The notes under the pieces are model-generated. The model did not search any database. It was not told the origin of the DNA and saw only the letters and a list, made by a program, of their open reading frames with translations. From positions 5,394,001 to 5,458,000 of the forward strand of contig JAYWIR010000002.1 in the NCBI GenBank assembly GCA_036172245.1: DNA of 64,000 nucleotides. The letters run 5' to 3'. A program made the translations under genes and the position numbers. Source of the stretch: Raillietiella orientalis. Lineage: Eukaryota. Below, piece by piece: positions 63,085 through 64,000 of this stretch. Position 1 is the first letter of the stretch. Each line of letters starts with the position of its first letter.

Positions 63085-63530
63085 CGTTTGTTTATCTAAA
63101 AATAAACACATTATAATGTTGCCAGGTGCATAGTACTGTCGAACAAGGAGGGGGGATTCTGACCCCGGAGTACAGATCAGAGGTGAGATGGGATGGTAGA
63201 TAAATAAACAGGAATAACTAATAGATAGGGTAGAGTAAGGGTCACCAGACTCCAGTCCTTCTGGCCTTCGGTCCTTGCTGTGTGCCATCCCTCGCTCTTT
63301 AGTCAAAAGACGCCACCACGAAACTCCTGCTCAGCATGGAGATGGGTAGAAGGAGGAGAAGGAAGAAGAGAAGGATGGCCATCTGCATGCTAAACAGAGC
63401 TTTTCCGTTGGTACGGCTGGGTTGAGACATGAGCAGCTCTGATGCCTCAGATGCAGCACAAGACCGTGACCTACAGCGACCTGAGAAAATGGTGCCACCG
63501 GTTTCCAACCGGAAAGAAAGATCACGACGG
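63085..63530 (-). mobile_element. L1/Tx1-like 3' end
   Basis: IFLSG...GHGLV...ACRWPSF matches the family tail. It is followed by a pyrimidine/TTTA-rich UTR. Confidence 0.35.
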
Positions 63531-63575
63531 TTAGTCAGCGCTGCATTTTTAACCACTTCCTCTTCAAGGGACACT

Positions 63576-63643
63576 GCATGTAGATCGCGGAGTAGGTTGA
63601 AGACCCAGTACTGGGTCTTTAGCCTACTCCGCGATCCACATGC
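63576..63643. repeat. 68-bp near-perfect palindrome (no loop)
   Basis: GCATGTAGATCGCGGAGTAGGTTGAAGACCCAGT|ACTGGGTCTTTAGCCTACTCCGCGATCCACATGC; 31/34 Watson-Crick pairs. Confidence 0.95.
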
Positions 63644-63654
63644 CACTCTGTTGA

Positions 63655-63960
63655 TAGGTTATGTTAGGTAGGTTAGCTTAAACTAGGTTAAATTAGGTTA
63701 GGTAGAGTAGGTTGGAAATATCAACTGGATTAGGTGACGCTGGTCAGGTTTGCTGAGTTAAATGAGGTCGCTCAGGTTTGCTGGGTTAGGTGAGGTCGGT
63801 CAGGTCAACTGAACTAATTAGGTGTATTCGGTCAAGTCAGTTGGGTTAGGTTTGAACGTTCAGGTCAGGTGCGTTAGGGGAGGCTGGTCAGGTTTGCTGA
63901 GTTAGGTGAGGTTGATCAGGTCAGATAGGTTAGGTGAGGCTGGTCAGGTAGCTGGGTAAG
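63655..63960 (+). repeat. Degenerate TTAGG tract grading into a 28-bp minisatellite (8 units from 63730)
   Basis: Consensus TTAGGTGAGGCTGGTCAGGTTTGCTGAG; unit lengths 28,28,32,28,28,28,28,27. Confidence 0.85.
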
Positions 63961-64000
63961 TTGGGTTGCGTTGGCTTCGTCAGGATGAAGGTGACGCCAG

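Noticed and set aside
63655..64000. True telomere or CRISPR array
   Set aside because: The TTAGG units are highly degenerate and organised as a 28-bp tandem with no unique spacers. The context is eukaryotic and has no cas genes.

Overview
Eukaryotic genomic DNA from an animal, probably an arthropod-like invertebrate. This rests on GT-AG spliced exons, a PTB-domain protein, a U2 snRNA fragment and TTAGG-derived repeats. The first ~3.3 kb is AT-rich and CpG-poor and holds short exons of an unidentified minus-strand gene. From ~9 kb to ~63 kb the sequence is GC/CpG-rich and mostly a graveyard of heavily decayed non-LTR retrotransposons. There is one CR1/L2-like ORF2 fossil (6.7-8.9 kb) and many L1/Tx1-like fragments on both strands. 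About nine of these are 3' ends that share a zf-RVT finger region and/or a distinctive C-terminal 'W-P-x-L' tail. Most long ORFs in the supplied track are chance or shadow ORFs of GC-rich DNA. The clearest intact gene is a minus-strand exon (43140-44807) encoding a PTB-domain protein whose C-terminus carries PP1-docking-like motifs (SVMK...KRVTF). Other notable items: a 5'-only U2 snRNA fragment; three perfect or near-perfect palindromes; four 67-91 bp near-identical dispersed duplications; and, at the right end, a 68-bp palindrome abutting a 28-bp TTAGG-derived minisatellite. No CRISPR array, rRNA or intact tRNA was seen. All protein-family calls come from motif recognition by eye, not database searches, and the fossil boundaries are approximate.
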